From Hydrolagus colliei (taxonomy: Eukaryota): a stretch of DNA of 64,000 nt. The stretch lies in the NCBI GenBank assembly GCA_035084275.1, contig CM068743.1, forward strand, positions 121,706,001-121,770,000. The letters are read 5' to 3'. Below the pieces are notes generated by a model, which worked only from the letters and a program-made list of their open reading frames with translations, was not told where the DNA came from and did no database searches. Positions 62,146 to 64,000 of the stretch are shown piece after piece. Each line of letters starts with the position of its first letter. Position 1 is the stretch's first letter. The position numbers and the translations under genes were made by a program.

Positions 62146-62997
62146 TAGGGTCCAGCGATATATCGCTAAAATCCAATATAATTTTCATATCGATACGCCG
62201 ATATAGGCATTTCAAAAATATCGATATACCGGAAAATCGATATATCGAGGTAAAAAATCGGAATGCGCTCACACTGAACTACAAGACCCAGAATGCTCAT
62301 CTCCATACACAATGCACAGACTGAGGTGCAAAGCCGCCATATTGTATTCATAGTCCTCGAATACAATATACAGGTATGCAAAGGGTGGGGGGCGAGAGAG
62401 ACAGCTGGGGGGGGGTGGGGGGGTGAGGGGGAGAGGGACGGCTAGGGTGGGGGTGAGGGGGAAAGAGACGGTTGGGGGGTGGTGGGGGGGGGGGGAGAGA
62501 GACGGCTGGGGGGGGGTGGGGGGGGGAGAGAGATGGCTGGAGGGGGTGGGGCGGAGAGAGAGTCGGCGGGGGTGGGGGGGAGTGGGAAAGAGATGGCTGG
62601 GGGGTGGTTGGTGGGGGAGAGAGACGGCTGCGGGGGGTGGTGGGGAGAGAGAGACGGCTGTGGGGGGTGGGGAGGGAGAGGGACGGCGGGGGGGGGGGGT
62701 ATAGGGGGAGAGACGGGGTGGATGTGATAATATACAGATAGATAGAGATGGGGGGGATGTGAGAGAGACACAGAGACACAGACAGACAAACACAGAGATG
62801 GAGAGAGTGAGAGACACAGAGAGATAAAGATATTTACCTCCTGAGGAGATAGGCCCCGAATGCGCGCGCACCCAGAATGCATGCGCAGTACGCGCATGCG
62901 CAGTATGAAAAACCCAGAAATATCGATATTTTGGTATATCTCGATATGAGCCCATCGATATATCTAAATCAGAAAATTTCCATATCGTCGGACCCTA
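62146..62997. mobile_element. Non-autonomous hAT transposon (852 bp) with 8-bp TSD
   Basis: TIRs TAGGGTCCAGCGATAT / ATATCGTCGGACCCTA (14 of 16 match). Perfect TSD CTGTAAAG at 62138-45 and 62998-63005. Subterminal ATCGAT/CGATAT arrays at both ends. Confidence 0.93.
62385..62760 (+). repeat. G-rich minisatellite, ~25-bp unit GAGAGAGACGGCTG(G)nTG(G)n
   Basis: Roughly a dozen imperfect units with G-runs of 4-13, inside the hAT element. Confidence 0.9.
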
Positions 62998-63483
62998 CTG
63001 TAAAGTGAATTGACTGTATATTTGGGGGTGAAACGCGGCAGCCGATTGCGCACAGCAATGTCCCACAAACAATCGTAGATTGAAATGACCAATTTTATTT
63101 ATTGTGGGTTTTTTTGGACGGATTATTTTACTTCAAAGAGCTTTGAGACTTCTCCCAGTTATTAAGTATAAAAATAAATTTTATATTAAAATAGATGCCT
63201 CTGGCAATACTGTACTGGAGAGCCATCCTAGACTACAAGCTCAAGTCTGGCCATGGGGAGAGTGCCAGCAACTGAACCAAAATGGGAGCAATTAGCCTTC
63301 TCGTCACCAAGGAGTGCAAAGGGCACCTCTCTAGCAATACAGTATAAGCATAAGCACTAACTCAGGCAGCGCGGTAGTGAAATGAATGAAACATAACTAG
63401 GTCCACACTGTTTTGCATGATAGAGAGCCTGGGTGATGGGGGAACATTTTGCCCCAGGAGCAGCAAGTGCAGCGATAATGAAC

Positions 63484-63682
63484 AGTTCAGATTTGACTTT
63501 CCCCTTTGGAAATGTCAAGTCGTTTGACACAAGCGTTTTCATATTTTCTTCTAACTAATGGTACTTTCAGTAAAATAGAATGCTCCGTGGTTAGCTCTGA
63601 ATTTTCATTTTCATGAAGAAATTAATATCTCGAACAGTGCTATCAAATATGGCTCATTAAGCGCGGAAGTCAAATCTGAACT
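63484..63682. repeat. 16-bp perfect inverted repeat bracketing ~200 bp (MITE-like)
   Basis: AGTTCAGATTTGACTT (63484-99) / AAGTCAAATCTGAACT (63667-82). Confidence 0.7.
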
Positions 63683-63879
63683 TTCTCCACATTTAGAACA
63701 GAGCCTGAAGGTTTAGTTACAGTCACTCTAATGGGAAAATATATTTAAAAATACAACAAATCATGGTATTCCACCTACCTTCGAAGAGAGAAGGGAGGTT
63801 TCCCCCATGGTGCTGACTGATTAATCCCCCAAACAGAATCATTCAATCACTCCTGGCTCTCTGTGCGATATTGCTGTGG

Positions 63880-64000
63880 AATGACACCAAACTATATCTC
63901 TCTGCCTACACTCTTGACTCTATGACCACTGCTGTCCTGACAGACTGCCTGTCGGACATCAAGTCCTGGATGAGAGCTAACTTTCTACAATTGAAGGTCA
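63880..64000 (+). mobile_element. L2 fragment running off the window end
   Basis: gacaccaaactatatctc...gactgcctgtcggacatcaagtcctggatgagagctaactttctacaattg (DCLSDIKSWMRANFLQL). Homologous to ~57030-57130. Confidence 0.8.

Larger units (their letters stand above)
62061..63130 (-). mobile_element. SINE 3' half split by the hAT MITE
   Basis: SINE reads ...tatactgtaaag | insertion | (ctgtaaag)tgaattgactgtatatttg..., continuous across the insertion. Confidence 0.88.

Noticed and set aside
62269-62955. Pro-rich/Gly-rich ORFs up to 228 aa
   Set aside because: Artefacts of the G-rich minisatellite inside the hAT MITE, which lacks stops in most frames.
38700-64000. Additional host gene downstream of CAVIN4 (e.g. 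PLPPR1, expected by synteny)
   Set aside because: No ORF or exon with recognisable host-protein similarity. The longer ORFs I could assign derive from L2/CR1/SINE or low-complexity DNA; non-coding exons cannot be excluded.

Overview
Eukaryotic (vertebrate) genomic DNA. The repeat landscape suggests a cartilaginous fish, probably a holocephalan/chimaera; this is an inference from recalled repeat consensuses. Two protein-coding genes lie on the + strand, in the same order as in mammals. The first is the last five coding exons of TMEFF1/tomoregulin-1 (5722-24701: second Kazal/follistatin module, linker, EGF, TM, cytoplasmic tail). The second is the complete two-exon CAVIN4/MURC (31591-34758, 346 aa). 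The rest is introns, UTRs and about 25 kb of gene-free DNA, dense in decayed CR1 and L2 LINEs, tRNA-headed SINEs (including Deu-domain SINEs), Penelope-like remnants and several MITEs with visible TIRs/TSDs. I see no prokaryote-type system, CRISPR array or bona fide RNA gene, and cannot claim a new multi-gene system. The best leads are: (i) the TMEFF1 EGF domain has the ErbB-ligand Arg that mammalian TMEFFs replace by His, plus a shortened first loop; (ii) a young hAT MITE carries ZNF143/THAP11 and NRF1 promoter motifs and a G-rich minisatellite; (iii) one SINE body shows head/tail swapping between L2-type tails; (iv) a Penelope minimal-hammerhead core; (v) CAVIN4 lacks the mammalian RLRQSGE repeat expansion. 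Exon and MITE boundaries were counted base by base. LINE/SINE boundaries are approximate. Comparisons with human proteins are from memory and need alignment.
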